From an uncultured SAR86 cluster bacterium (lineage in GTDB: Bacteria; Pseudomonadota; Gammaproteobacteria; Magnimaribacterales; D2472): a DNA stretch of 64,000 nt. Position 1 is the first letter of the stretch. Each line of letters opens with the position of its first letter. The notes below the pieces were generated by a model. The model saw only the letters and a list, made by a program, of their open reading frames with translations, ran no database searches and was not told where the DNA came from. The stretch lies in NCBI GenBank assembly GCA_902602595.1, contig CACKRJ010000006.1, forward strand, positions 2,024-66,023, given 5' to 3'. Of this stretch, positions 19,838 through 29,128 are shown in pieces. The position numbers and the translations under genes were made by a program.

Positions 19838-21163
19838 ATGAAAAAGAAATTGTTTATAAAAACTCATGGTTGTCAGATGAATGAATATGATTCGGCAAAA
19901 ATGATGGATCTTTTATACGAAAGAGAAAATTTTGAGCTTGCTAAAACTGAAGACGAGGCTGACCTATTGATACTAAACACATGCTCTATTAGAGAAAAAG
20001 CTCAAGAAAAGGTATTTCATCAAATTGGAAGATGGAGAAAAATTAAGGAAGACAAACCAGGGTTGAAAATTGCCATAGGTGGGTGCGTTGCCTCACAAGA
20101 AGGCAATGAAATTATTAAAAGGGCCCCAGCAGTTGATATAGTATTTGGGCCTCAAACATTACATAAGCTTCCTGAGCTATACAAAAAGAAGGAAAAAACT
20201 AACGAAAATCAGATCGATATCTCTTTTCCAAAGTTAGAAAAATTCAATTACCTTCCTATAGCCGGTAAAGGTGAGCCATCATCTTTTGTTTCAATTGCAG
20301 AGGGTTGCAATAAGTATTGTTCATTTTGTGTTGTTCCTAAGACACGCGGTCATGAAGTGTCTAGGACCATCGAAGATATCTTGAATGAAGTTTCTAAACT
20401 GGCTGATAAAGGAACTAGAGAAATAAATTTTCTAGGGCAAAATGTTAATAATTTTAAAGGTACCTTTAAGGGAGAGAAGTCGTCATTAGCCAAGCTAATT
20501 GAATTGACATCAAAAATCGTAAATATTGAAAGAATTCGTTTTACAACAAGTCACCCTCATGAATTCAAGGATGACTTAGTTGAGGTTTATGATAAAGTCC
20601 CAGAGCTTGTAAGTCATGTTCATTTGCCAGTTCAAAGTGGTTCAGACAAAATTTTAAAATTAATGAGAAGAAGATATAACGCTGAGAAATATTTATCTTT
20701 GATTGATAAGATTAGGAAAGTAAGACCGGACATGAGTTTTTCTTCTGACTTTATTGTTGGTTTTCCGGGTGAAACTCAACAGGACTTTCAAGAGACTATC
20801 GATATTATTAATGAAGTTAAGTTTGATGAATCATATAGTTTTATCTACAGCCCAAGACCAAATACAACAGCGTCTGAAATGTTAGATGATGTCTCTTTGG
20901 ATGAAAAAAAAGAACGCTTGAATATATTGCAATCAAGGCTTAATCAATTATCCTTTGGATACAGCCGAAAAAAAGTAGGCACAAATCAAACTTGTTTAAT
21001 TTATGGCCAATCTAAAAGAGATCCTGGCCAACTGCAGGGAAGGACTATTTGCAATAGAATTGTCAATTTTAAATCAAATGAACATGACCTAGTTGGCCAT
21101 TTTGCTAATATTTATATTCAAGAAGCTTTGACTAACAGTCTTAGAGGCAAGCTAGAAAATTAA
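19838..21163 (+). CDS. miaB: tRNA methylthiotransferase MiaB
   Basis: GCQMNEYDS, NTCSIREKA, radical SAM CNKYCSFC, C-terminal TRAM domain. Confidence 0.98.
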   Translation: MKKKLFIKTHGCQMNEYDSAKMMDLLYERENFELAKTEDEADLLILNTCSIREKAQEKVFHQIGRWRKIKEDKPGLKIAIGGCVASQEGNEIIKRAPAVDIVFGPQTLHKLPELYKKKEKTNENQIDISFPKLEKFNYLPIAGKGEPSSFVSIAEGCNKYCSFCVVPKTRGHEVSRTIEDILNEVSKLADKGTREINFLGQNVNNFKGTFKGEKSSLAKLIELTSKIVNIERIRFTTSHPHEFKDDLVEVYDKVPELVSHVHLPVQSGSDKILKLMRRRYNAEKYLSLIDKIRKVRPDMSFSSDFIVGFPGETQQDFQETIDIINEVKFDESYSFIYSPRPNTTASEMLDDVSLDEKKERLNILQSRLNQLSFGYSRKKVGTNQTCLIYGQSKRDPGQLQGRTICNRIVNFKSNEHDLVGHFANIYIQEALTNSLRGKLEN

Positions 21164-22128
21164 TGTCTAAAAACTTATTTTTAGCCAATTTAGAACTTAG
21201 CCCTAATGATGCCGACGTTTTAATAAGATTTGTTGGCGAATTAAATAAGAACCTTAAAATTGTTGAGAATAAATTTAAGGTAAAAATTTTTCAAAATGGT
21301 AATAAAGTAAGCATCTCTGGAGATGAAGAAAATGCTATTAAAGCATCCAATGCGCTGAAAGATTTATATGCTTCAACTTCACAAGGGATTGAATTGTCTC
21401 AGGAAAAAATACAAATGGTTATAAATAATAATGAAGACTCAAGCCTAACTCCTTCGTCTTTTGATACTAATGAAAATAGCTTTAAGACACCAAAGAAAAA
21501 TATAACTCCCAGGGGAAAGAACCAAAGTAATTACTTAGGCAACATGGATAAATATGAAGTCAACTTTGGAGTTGGTCCTGCAGGAACTGGAAAAACATAT
21601 CTTGCTGTAGCAAAGGCTGTTGCAATGCTTGTAAACGAAGATGTAAAAAAAATTATCTTAATTCGTCCTGCTGTTGAGGCTGGAGAAAAGTTAGGTTTCT
21701 TGCCTGGCGATCTATCACAAAAAGTAGACCCTTATTTGAGACCTTTATATGATGCTTTATATGAGATGCTTGGTTTCGAGCAAGTTGTAAGATTGCTGGA
21801 GAAAGAGATTCTTGAGGTTGCCCCGCTTGCATATTTAAGAGGGAGAACTCTAAATAATGCATTTATTATTATGGACGAAAGTCAAAATACTACTGTAGAA
21901 CAAATGAAAATGTTCCTAACAAGAATGGGTTTCGGATCTTATGCTGTTATTAATGGAGATACAACACAAATTGATTTACCTAAAAACGTTGAATCTGGGC
22001 TTTCCCATGCTATAAAAGTTTTAGATAAGATTGAGGATATTGGCTTTACAATTTTTAGCTCTAAAGATGTTGTTAGGCACCCTTTGGTAAGAAAGATTGT
22101 TGATGCATACGAAAAATTTGATAGCTAA
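21163..22128 (+). CDS. ybeZ: PhoH-family ATPase
   Basis: GPAGTGKT, RPAVEAGEKLGFLPG, RGRTL, DESQN. Confidence 0.95.
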   Translation: MSKNLFLANLELSPNDADVLIRFVGELNKNLKIVENKFKVKIFQNGNKVSISGDEENAIKASNALKDLYASTSQGIELSQEKIQMVINNNEDSSLTPSSFDTNENSFKTPKKNITPRGKNQSNYLGNMDKYEVNFGVGPAGTGKTYLAVAKAVAMLVNEDVKKIILIRPAVEAGEKLGFLPGDLSQKVDPYLRPLYDALYEMLGFEQVVRLLEKEILEVAPLAYLRGRTLNNAFIIMDESQNTTVEQMKMFLTRMGFGSYAVINGDTTQIDLPKNVESGLSHAIKVLDKIEDIGFTIFSSKDVVRHPLVRKIVDAYEKFDS

Positions 22129-22585
22129 AAAATTGAGCCTTAATATTTTACCTCATGACTACAAAGAACTTTCTAGTGCTCTTGAATCAAAACTTGATCT
22201 CTTAACAAAGCATATTTTAATTGATCAGAATCTTAGCGAATTAACAGTAAATCTTAAGCTTGTATCTAGCAATGAAATGATAAAGCTAAATGCAGATTTT
22301 AGATCCAAAAAATTAGATACAAATGTCTTATCTTTTGAGGCAAGCAAAGACATGCAAAAAATTTCGGGAGAGCTTGGTGATATTGTAATGAGTCTGCCCA
22401 TCATACAAAGTGAGTCACAGAACTTGAATAGAGGCCTTGAGGATCATATGATGCATCTTTTAGCTCATGGAATACTTCACTTAATAGGTTTTGATCATTC
22501 AGACAACAAATATGCCAATATAATGGAAGCACAGGAGATTAAATACTTAGAGTTTTTTAAAATAGCTAACCCTTACTTAATATGA
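22118..22585 (+). CDS. ybeY: rRNA maturation endoribonuclease YbeY
   Basis: TNVLSF, LGDI, HGILHLIGFDH; start uncertain (22097 or TTG 22118). Confidence 0.93.
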   Translation: MIAKKLSLNILPHDYKELSSALESKLDLLTKHILIDQNLSELTVNLKLVSSNEMIKLNADFRSKKLDTNVLSFEASKDMQKISGELGDIVMSLPIIQSESQNLNRGLEDHMMHLLAHGILHLIGFDHSDNKYANIMEAQEIKYLEFFKIANPYLI

Positions 22586-23424
22586 CGAATCAAGACACTG
22601 AAAAAGAACAACCTCCATCGAGTTTCTTAAATAAAGTAAAACGATTTTTTACTATAAAGCCATCAAGCCTAGATGATGTATCTGTTTTGTTGGAGGACGC
22701 TCTTACTGCGAGGTTAATTGATAAAGAAGCACAATTTATTGCCGAACGTGCAATTAGATTGGGGGATACAACTGTAAAGGAGATAATGGTACCAAGGGTT
22801 GAAATGATAATTCTTGCACCCGATGAAGATCCTGTGAGCATGATTAGCAGAATAATTGACTCTGGTCATTCTAGATATCCCGTTCTTGGACCTGCTAAAA
22901 ATGAAGTTCAGGGTATTTTGTTGGCAAAAGACTTACTTCCTGCTATTAATAAAGATCTGGAAGATTTTAATCTACCTAATTTGATAAGAGATATAAAAGT
23001 TGTCCCTGAATCAAAAAAAGCTGATTCATTGCTAGAGGAATTTAAAAAAGACCGATCACATATGGCCATTGTGATTGATGAATATGGAACAATATCTGGA
23101 TTGGTAACCATAGAGGATATTTTAGAGGAGCTTGTTGGTGAAATTGAGGATGAGCATGATTCAGATGACGAGGATCTTATTCAAGTCAGCGAGTATGAAT
23201 ATATTGCTGACGCTACTCTTGAGTTATCAGAATTTGAAAACAAATTTAACAAAAGTTTTAATGTGCTGGATGCAGAAACCTTAGCAGGTTTATTTATAAA
23301 TAAACTAGGATTTCTTCCCAAAGTTGGCGATAAAATTGAGTTAGATGACATGATTCTTGCGGTTACAGCTGCAGACAAAAGAAAGATAAAAAAAATTGGC
23401 ATCACCATTAAAACAAACTCATAA
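22582..23424 (+). CDS. corC: CorC/YbeX CBS-domain protein
   Basis: IMVPR, GHSRYPV, HMAIVIDEYG, TIEDILEELVGEIEDE. Confidence 0.93.
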   Translation: MTNQDTEKEQPPSSFLNKVKRFFTIKPSSLDDVSVLLEDALTARLIDKEAQFIAERAIRLGDTTVKEIMVPRVEMIILAPDEDPVSMISRIIDSGHSRYPVLGPAKNEVQGILLAKDLLPAINKDLEDFNLPNLIRDIKVVPESKKADSLLEEFKKDRSHMAIVIDEYGTISGLVTIEDILEELVGEIEDEHDSDDEDLIQVSEYEYIADATLELSEFENKFNKSFNVLDAETLAGLFINKLGFLPKVGDKIELDDMILAVTAADKRKIKKIGITIKTNS

Positions 23425-24874
23425 AGCTCCTTTCGTTTCATATATATTTTTAGGACTTGCTGGCGCACTATCTACACTGGCTTTCAGCCCTTTTGATATT
23501 AAGTTAATTATCCCATTTACCTTAGTCATACTAATTTATTTCACTGTGAATTCAAGAAATTTTATTGATAGTTGTAAGTATGTTTTTTCATGGGGTTTGG
23601 GATATTGGATAAGTGGAACAGGATGGTTAATAGTAAGTATTCACTATTATGGAAACACTAATATTATAATATCTTTTATTATTATAATATTAATGGGAGT
23701 ACTTTTATCAGCTGTCTTTATGACCCCTTTTGCAGCTATACGATTAATCCAATTAAATCAAAATATTATTTTTAATAGTTTGTTTCTTGCAAGCTGCTTA
23801 ATAACACTAGAGCTATCAAGATTTTTTTTACTAGGTGGTTTCCCATGGCTTCTGCCTGGATTAGTATTTTTGGATACTTTTGGCCAAGCTGTAATACCAA
23901 TTTTTGGAGTTTATGGAGCTTCCTATATTATTTATTTTCTTGCATCTTTAATTGCCCTTTCAATTTTTCAAAAGAAAAATAATTTTTTATTTCTTGGAAT
24001 ATTATGCTTATCAATCTTTATCCCATATCAAAGCAATCAAAAAGAAGTCTTTAATGAAAGTTTGTATCTTTCAATAATTCAACCATCATTGGACCCTTTT
24101 CAAAAATTTAAGGAAGGGTCTTATGTCAACATTGAGGATACGTTAGTAAATTTAACAAATAGGAACAAAGATTCAGACTTAATAATTTGGCCCGAATCCC
24201 CTCTTCCATATTTAGATTCGAACCCAAGAATGACTCAGCTCCTTTCAAGAATAGAAGAAGGGCCAAGAGTTTTAAGTGGGACTTGGCAATACAAAGGTAA
24301 TGAGCTTTATAATTCAATGACTATACTTGGAACTGATCAGGTCTATTTAAAGAGGCATCTTGTACCTTTTGGAGAATATGTACCTTTTGAGGGCATATTA
24401 AGAGGTTTAATTGAATTCTTTAATATGCCTATGTCATCCTTGAGCTCTGGCAATTCTAATCAGAAACTTCTTGAATTCAAAAATTATAGGATTCTAGGAA
24501 TGATTTGCTTTGATATTGCATTTCCCTTAAGTTTTTTAGACGAAGTAAGAGAATCTGATTTTATAATTAATATTAGTAATGATACTTGGTTTGGAAGTTC
24601 TTATGGGCCCTATCAGCACTTACAAATAGTTAGAGCGAGGGCATTAGAGGCAAATAAATGGGTGGCAAGAGGAACTTCAGATGGTATATCAACAATAGTT
24701 GATAATAAAGGGACAATTGTTTCTATATTAGAAAAAGGTAAGAGGGGTTCATTAAATGGAAATATTTATAAAACCTTAAACCCAAGCTTCTTTTATATAT
24801 ATGGCTACCTTATTTTACCAATTTTATCGCTTATTTTGATGATAGCGGCAATTGTATTAAAATTAAGAAAATGA
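23396..24874 (+). CDS. lnt: Apolipoprotein N-acyltransferase
   Basis: LAFSPF, GFPW, IWPES, KRHLVPFGEY, ICFD, NDTWFG. Confidence 0.95.
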   Translation: MASPLKQTHKAPFVSYIFLGLAGALSTLAFSPFDIKLIIPFTLVILIYFTVNSRNFIDSCKYVFSWGLGYWISGTGWLIVSIHYYGNTNIIISFIIIILMGVLLSAVFMTPFAAIRLIQLNQNIIFNSLFLASCLITLELSRFFLLGGFPWLLPGLVFLDTFGQAVIPIFGVYGASYIIYFLASLIALSIFQKKNNFLFLGILCLSIFIPYQSNQKEVFNESLYLSIIQPSLDPFQKFKEGSYVNIEDTLVNLTNRNKDSDLIIWPESPLPYLDSNPRMTQLLSRIEEGPRVLSGTWQYKGNELYNSMTILGTDQVYLKRHLVPFGEYVPFEGILRGLIEFFNMPMSSLSSGNSNQKLLEFKNYRILGMICFDIAFPLSFLDEVRESDFIINISNDTWFGSSYGPYQHLQIVRARALEANKWVARGTSDGISTIVDNKGTIVSILEKGKRGSLNGNIYKTLNPSFFYIYGYLILPILSLILMIAAIVLKLRK

Positions 24875-25404
24875 AATACTTTGCAATACTTATAGTTTCA
24901 GTTTTATCTTCATTCCTGTATGCCGAATACTCAATTGAGGTGAGTATTTCCGAGCAAAGGTTATACGTTATAGCTAATAATAGCATTGTAAGAAGCTATC
25001 CTATATCAAGTTCTGCTTATGGTGAGGGCCAAACTGAAAACTCGCTAAAGACACCCCTGGGAGATCACGAGATTAAAAAAAAAATAGGAACAGATGTCCC
25101 TAAATATCAGTTTTTTGTAAGTCGTGAGCATATTTCTCAAGAAGTAGATATTATTGAAAAAGAAATAGATTCACCTGATGATTTTATTACAACTCGAATT
25201 ATGTGGCTTGCAGGAAAAAATGAAGGATTCAACAGTGGCGGCAATGTTGATTCATTTAAAAGGTTCATTTACATTCATGGTACTCATGAAGAAGGCTTGA
25301 TAGGCAAAAAAGCATCTCATGGATGCATAAGGATGCTTAATCAAGACGTTTTGGAGCTTTTCAGGATCATTCCAACAAAAACAGCTGTAAATATCTATTT
25401 ATAA
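24871..25404 (+). CDS. L,D-transpeptidase (YkuD domain), secreted
   Basis: Signal peptide; TPLG, IYIHGT, ASHGCIRM catalytic motif. Confidence 0.88.
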   Translation: MKYFAILIVSVLSSFLYAEYSIEVSISEQRLYVIANNSIVRSYPISSSAYGEGQTENSLKTPLGDHEIKKKIGTDVPKYQFFVSREHISQEVDIIEKEIDSPDDFITTRIMWLAGKNEGFNSGGNVDSFKRFIYIHGTHEEGLIGKKASHGCIRMLNQDVLELFRIIPTKTAVNIYL

Positions 25405-25414
25405 GTTTTTTACA

Positions 25415-27574
25415 CTATACTCCGCCCATATTAGCGTTTTTAAAGCTTAATAGCTCCGCTCGGTTTTCAGGGGCTGGAGCCTCACCAAATGATCCTGATT
25501 CTTCTGCTAGTTTTTTAAGAAGCGGGGCAGGTTCCCAGAAATTATTATCTAATTTTGAAAAATCAACCATTTTACTTATTACATTTGATAAGCCTTGTTG
25601 ATTTGCATAAAACATTGGGCCCCCTCTCCAAATTGGGAATCCATAACCATTTATATAGACTATATCCATATCACCAGACCTTTGGGCCACTCCTTCTTCT
25701 AGAATACGCGCACCCTCATTAACTAGAGCTAAGATACATCTATCTATAATCTCTTGGTCAGAAATTTCCCTTCTTTCAATATTATTTTGATCTGAGATTT
25801 CCATATAAATTGATTCGTTTTCAGGAGCAGGGTTTGGAGCTCTTGAACCTTCGGAGTAATTATAAAAACCTTTGGAGGTTTTTTGACCAAATCTCTGTTG
25901 TTCACATAAGGCATCTGAAATTTTATTGGCTAATGGAGTCTCCATTTTAGCTAATTTTCGAGCCCTCCATCCAAGATCCAAGCCAACTAAATCCATCATT
26001 CTAAATGGACCCATGCTCATACCAAAAGCCTCTAAGGCACTATCAACTTGATTTGGTAACGCGCCTTCAAGTAATAACATGTTTGCCTGATATGTATATC
26101 CAGCCAACATTCTATTACCTATGAATCCTGGAGCATTAAGAGATACAACGGCAGCCTTACCCATCTTTTTTCCAAGGGCCATTACGGTTGCCATAGTTTC
26201 GTCTGAGGAGTCTTTCCCTCTAACTATTTCAAGCAACCTCATAACATTTGCCGGACTAAAAAAGTGAGTACCTACTACCTTTTCAGGCCTATTGGTTGAT
26301 GCAGCTATTGCATCAATGTCTAGTCCTGACGTATTAGATGCCAGGATGGCATGATCCTTAGTAACAGTGTCTAAGGTCTTAAAAATTTCTTGTTTTAAAT
26401 CAAGATTTTCATAGACAGCCTCAACTGCAATATCCACCTCAGATAGATCATCATATGAAAGGGTCGGAGTAATTAAACCCATAACCATATCTTTTTGCTC
26501 TTTGGTCATTCTTCCTCGATCTACCATCATTTGGTAATTTTTTTCTATGACTCCCATCCCCCTCTTAAGATTTTTTTCATCTTGATCAAGCACTAAAACA
26601 GGTATGCCTGCATTTGCAAAGTTCATTGCAATACCACCACCCATTGTTCCCGAACCAACAATACCAGCTGAGCCAATTGAAAGGAGGGGTGTTTCTTTTG
26701 GTATATCTGAAATTTTTGAAGCAGCGCGTTCACCAAAGAAGATATGGATCATTGCTTCTCTCTGAGGGTTTATTAAGCATTCAAGAAAATATTCAGATTC
26801 TTTTTTCATACCAACATCAAAGTCATCTTCATTTATCGCAGCTTCAACACAAGCTATAATTTGGCCTGGTGCAAATTGTCCTCTTCTAGTTTTTGCTGCT
26901 AATGCTTTAGCTTCTGTAAGAATATTATCATCACCTCTGGCTTCAATAACCTTTTCATTTTTATCTCTTACCTTTGGATGCATCTCAGCTCCAATTTTTT
27001 CTTTCAAAAATGCTATAGCATCATCCATTAAAGAATTTTCTGAAATTGCATCTATTACACCCTGATCCAGAGCTTTTTTGGCTGACATTGGAGTTCCAGC
27101 AATCATCATTTTTAGAGCTTGCGCTGGTCCAATTAGCCTTGGAAGTCTCTGTGTACCGCCTGCGCCCGGTAATAAGCCTAAATTGACCTCTGGCAGTCCA
27201 ACAATAGCCTTATTTGTGCCCATTCTATAGTTACATACAAGGGCTGTCTCTAGTCCACCGCCAAGCGCTGTACCATTTATAGCTGCCAATACAGGCTTTT
27301 TGCTAAATTCAATTTCTTTTAGTGTTTCATGAAGGTCTGGCCCATCAGATTTTTGACCAAATTCAGAGATATCCGCTCCAGCAATAAAAGATCTTCCAGC
27401 TCCTGTAAGGACAATACCCTGAATTGAATCATCATTGTTAGCCTCAGCAATAAATTTTGCTAAACCAGCCCTAACGCCGCTACTAAGGGGGTTAACGGGT
27501 GGATTATCTACCTCTAAAATCGCAATATTACCATTAACACTATAATTAACCTTGCCTTTCAATTTATTTGTCAT
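25415..27574 (-). CDS. Bifunctional enoyl-CoA hydratase / 3-hydroxyacyl-CoA dehydrogenase
   Basis: NPPVN, AGADI, LGGGLE, PGAGGTQRLPR; GSGTMGGGIA, NTS, HFFSPA, GFIGNR. Confidence 0.95.
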   Translation of the reverse strand: MTNKLKGKVNYSVNGNIAILEVDNPPVNPLSSGVRAGLAKFIAEANNDDSIQGIVLTGAGRSFIAGADISEFGQKSDGPDLHETLKEIEFSKKPVLAAINGTALGGGLETALVCNYRMGTNKAIVGLPEVNLGLLPGAGGTQRLPRLIGPAQALKMMIAGTPMSAKKALDQGVIDAISENSLMDDAIAFLKEKIGAEMHPKVRDKNEKVIEARGDDNILTEAKALAAKTRRGQFAPGQIIACVEAAINEDDFDVGMKKESEYFLECLINPQREAMIHIFFGERAASKISDIPKETPLLSIGSAGIVGSGTMGGGIAMNFANAGIPVLVLDQDEKNLKRGMGVIEKNYQMMVDRGRMTKEQKDMVMGLITPTLSYDDLSEVDIAVEAVYENLDLKQEIFKTLDTVTKDHAILASNTSGLDIDAIAASTNRPEKVVGTHFFSPANVMRLLEIVRGKDSSDETMATVMALGKKMGKAAVVSLNAPGFIGNRMLAGYTYQANMLLLEGALPNQVDSALEAFGMSMGPFRMMDLVGLDLGWRARKLAKMETPLANKISDALCEQQRFGQKTSKGFYNYSEGSRAPNPAPENESIYMEISDQNNIERREISDQEIIDRCILALVNEGARILEEGVAQRSGDMDIVYINGYGFPIWRGGPMFYANQQGLSNVISKMVDFSKLDNNFWEPAPLLKKLAEESGSFGEAPAPENRAELLSFKNANMGGV

Positions 27575-27718
27575 ATTTATCTCTTGATTAAAAATTTAAT
27601 CTGAAATTATATATATTTTTGGAGCTTTGAGCTGAAATATGTTGATTCTATATTAATTTAATATAAAAATAATTTATTAATATGTTTAAAAATAATTTGA
27701 ATTTATTTATCATTTTTA

Positions 27719-27746
27719 TTGATATATGATTATAAATATATATAAT
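27719..27746 (+). promoter_or_regulatory. Sigma70-type promoter
   Basis: TTGATA (27719-27724), 16-nt spacer, TATAAT (27741-27746), directly ahead of a structured RNA. Confidence 0.6.
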
Positions 27747-27751
27747 AGACT

Positions 27752-27829
27752 TTACCAACATTAATTTCCCCCTATGTTTTGTTGGTAATTCTCTGGAAAA
27801 TGGAGGGCTTATTGCCCTCCATCCTTTTT
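27752..27829 (+). ncRNA. Putative sRNA or attenuator leader with two hairpins
   Basis: Stem TTACCAACA/TGTTGGTAA with 19-nt loop containing TTTCCCCCT, then terminator hairpin; promoter just upstream. Confidence 0.6.
27800..27829 (+). terminator. Intrinsic terminator
   Basis: ATGGAGGGC-TTATT-GCCCTCCAT then CCTTTTT. Confidence 0.75.
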
Positions 27830-27842
27830 AAAGGTTTGTTAA

Positions 27843-27932
27843 ATGAAAGCAAAATTAATTGAAAAATTCGAGCTAGTTGCACTTGTCTCAATATTTATAT
27901 CTTCTGTTTACGCTATTTCTCCAGTGGTGTAA
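27843..27932 (+). CDS. Putative 29-aa single-pass membrane micropeptide
   Basis: MKAKLIEKFELVALVSIFISSVYAISPVV*; AAGG 8 nt upstream; stops 9 nt before gpx. Confidence 0.55.
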   Translation: MKAKLIEKFELVALVSIFISSVYAISPVV

Positions 27933-27941
27933 TATCAACGG

Positions 27942-28466
27942 ATGAAAAATTTATTTATCTTAACAACACTTATATATTCATCTGCATCATTCGCGTGCCC
28001 TGATGTTTTAAACAGCACCCTGCGAGTTTTAGACTCTGATGATGAAATCAATCTTTGTGAATATACAGGAAATGTCGTGTTGGTAGTAAATGTTGCAAGC
28101 AGATGTGGTTACACGCCTCAGTATGCAGCCCTTCAGAGGATTTACTCTAAGTATAAAGATGATGGTTTTGTAGTTATAGGAATACCATCAAGAGATTTTA
28201 AGCAAGAGTTTTCAGAAGAAGCTAAAGTTGCTGAATTCTGTAGCACTGAGTATGGAGTTGATTTTCCAATGTTTGCTACAGCAAAAGTTAAAGGTGAAAA
28301 CGCCCACCCATTTTATAAAAAACTTATCGCTGCTTCTGGCAAAGAGCCTAGATGGAATTTTGCTAAATATTTAATTGGTCGAAATGGTGAGGTTATTGAT
28401 CATTATAAATCAAGAGTAACACCAGAATCTGAAACATTAGTTTCAGCCATCACTGCAGTTCTCTAG
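27942..28466 (+). CDS. Glutathione peroxidase family protein with signal peptide
   Basis: VVNVASRCGYTPQY, PRWNFAKYLI; N-terminal signal ending SFA. Confidence 0.93.
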   Translation: MKNLFILTTLIYSSASFACPDVLNSTLRVLDSDDEINLCEYTGNVVLVVNVASRCGYTPQYAALQRIYSKYKDDGFVVIGIPSRDFKQEFSEEAKVAEFCSTEYGVDFPMFATAKVKGENAHPFYKKLIAASGKEPRWNFAKYLIGRNGEVIDHYKSRVTPESETLVSAITAVL

Positions 28467-29104
28467 TTTCTTCCAACGATTACCCTTTCAGGCTTGCAGT
28501 TTGCAAACAATCCATTATCTAGAACCCCAGGAATTAAATTAATTTTTTGTTCTAGATCTAATGGATTTTCTATTTTCAAATCTTTTATATCCAAAATTTG
28601 ATTACCTTGGTCAGTTAAAAAATCTTTTCTTAGTTTTGGCGAGCCTCCAATCTTTACAATTTCACGAGCAACGTAGCTCCTGCTTTTGATCATAACTTCG
28701 ACTGGAAGTGGAAAATTGCCCAAAGTTTTGACTAGCTTTGATTCATCGACAATACAAATAAATTCATTTGATGCAGATGCAACAATCTTTTCTCTCGTGT
28801 GAGCACCTCCTCCTCCTTTTATAAGATTATGAAAAGTATCAACTTCATCAGCACCATCAACATATACAAGAATTTCATTTACATCGTTTAATTCAAATAC
28901 CTCTATGCCAGAACTTTCTAATAATTGCGTAGAAGCCTCTGAGCTAGATACAGCTCCCTTAAATCTATGTTTAATTTTTGAAAGCTCTTCAATAAAGTAA
29001 TTAACTGTTGAGCCTGTTCCAACCCCAATAATTGAATCCAGACAAATTTTTGGTTTTATGTATTCGATGGCATCAATCGAAGCATTTAATTTTGAATTGC
29101 TCAT
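28463..29104 (-). CDS. rpiA: Ribose-5-phosphate isomerase A
   Basis: GVGTGSTV, DGADE, IKGGGG, REKIVA. Confidence 0.96.
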   Translation of the reverse strand: MSNSKLNASIDAIEYIKPKICLDSIIGVGTGSTVNYFIEELSKIKHRFKGAVSSSEASTQLLESSGIEVFELNDVNEILVYVDGADEVDTFHNLIKGGGGAHTREKIVASASNEFICIVDESKLVKTLGNFPLPVEVMIKSRSYVAREIVKIGGSPKLRKDFLTDQGNQILDIKDLKIENPLDLEQKINLIPGVLDNGLFANCKPERVIVGRN

Positions 29105-29128
29105 TATGGGTATAATACTTAAATTATT

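Noticed and set aside
28090-28125. Selenocysteine in the glutathione peroxidase
   Set aside because: The active-site codon is TGT (Cys) in an uninterrupted frame
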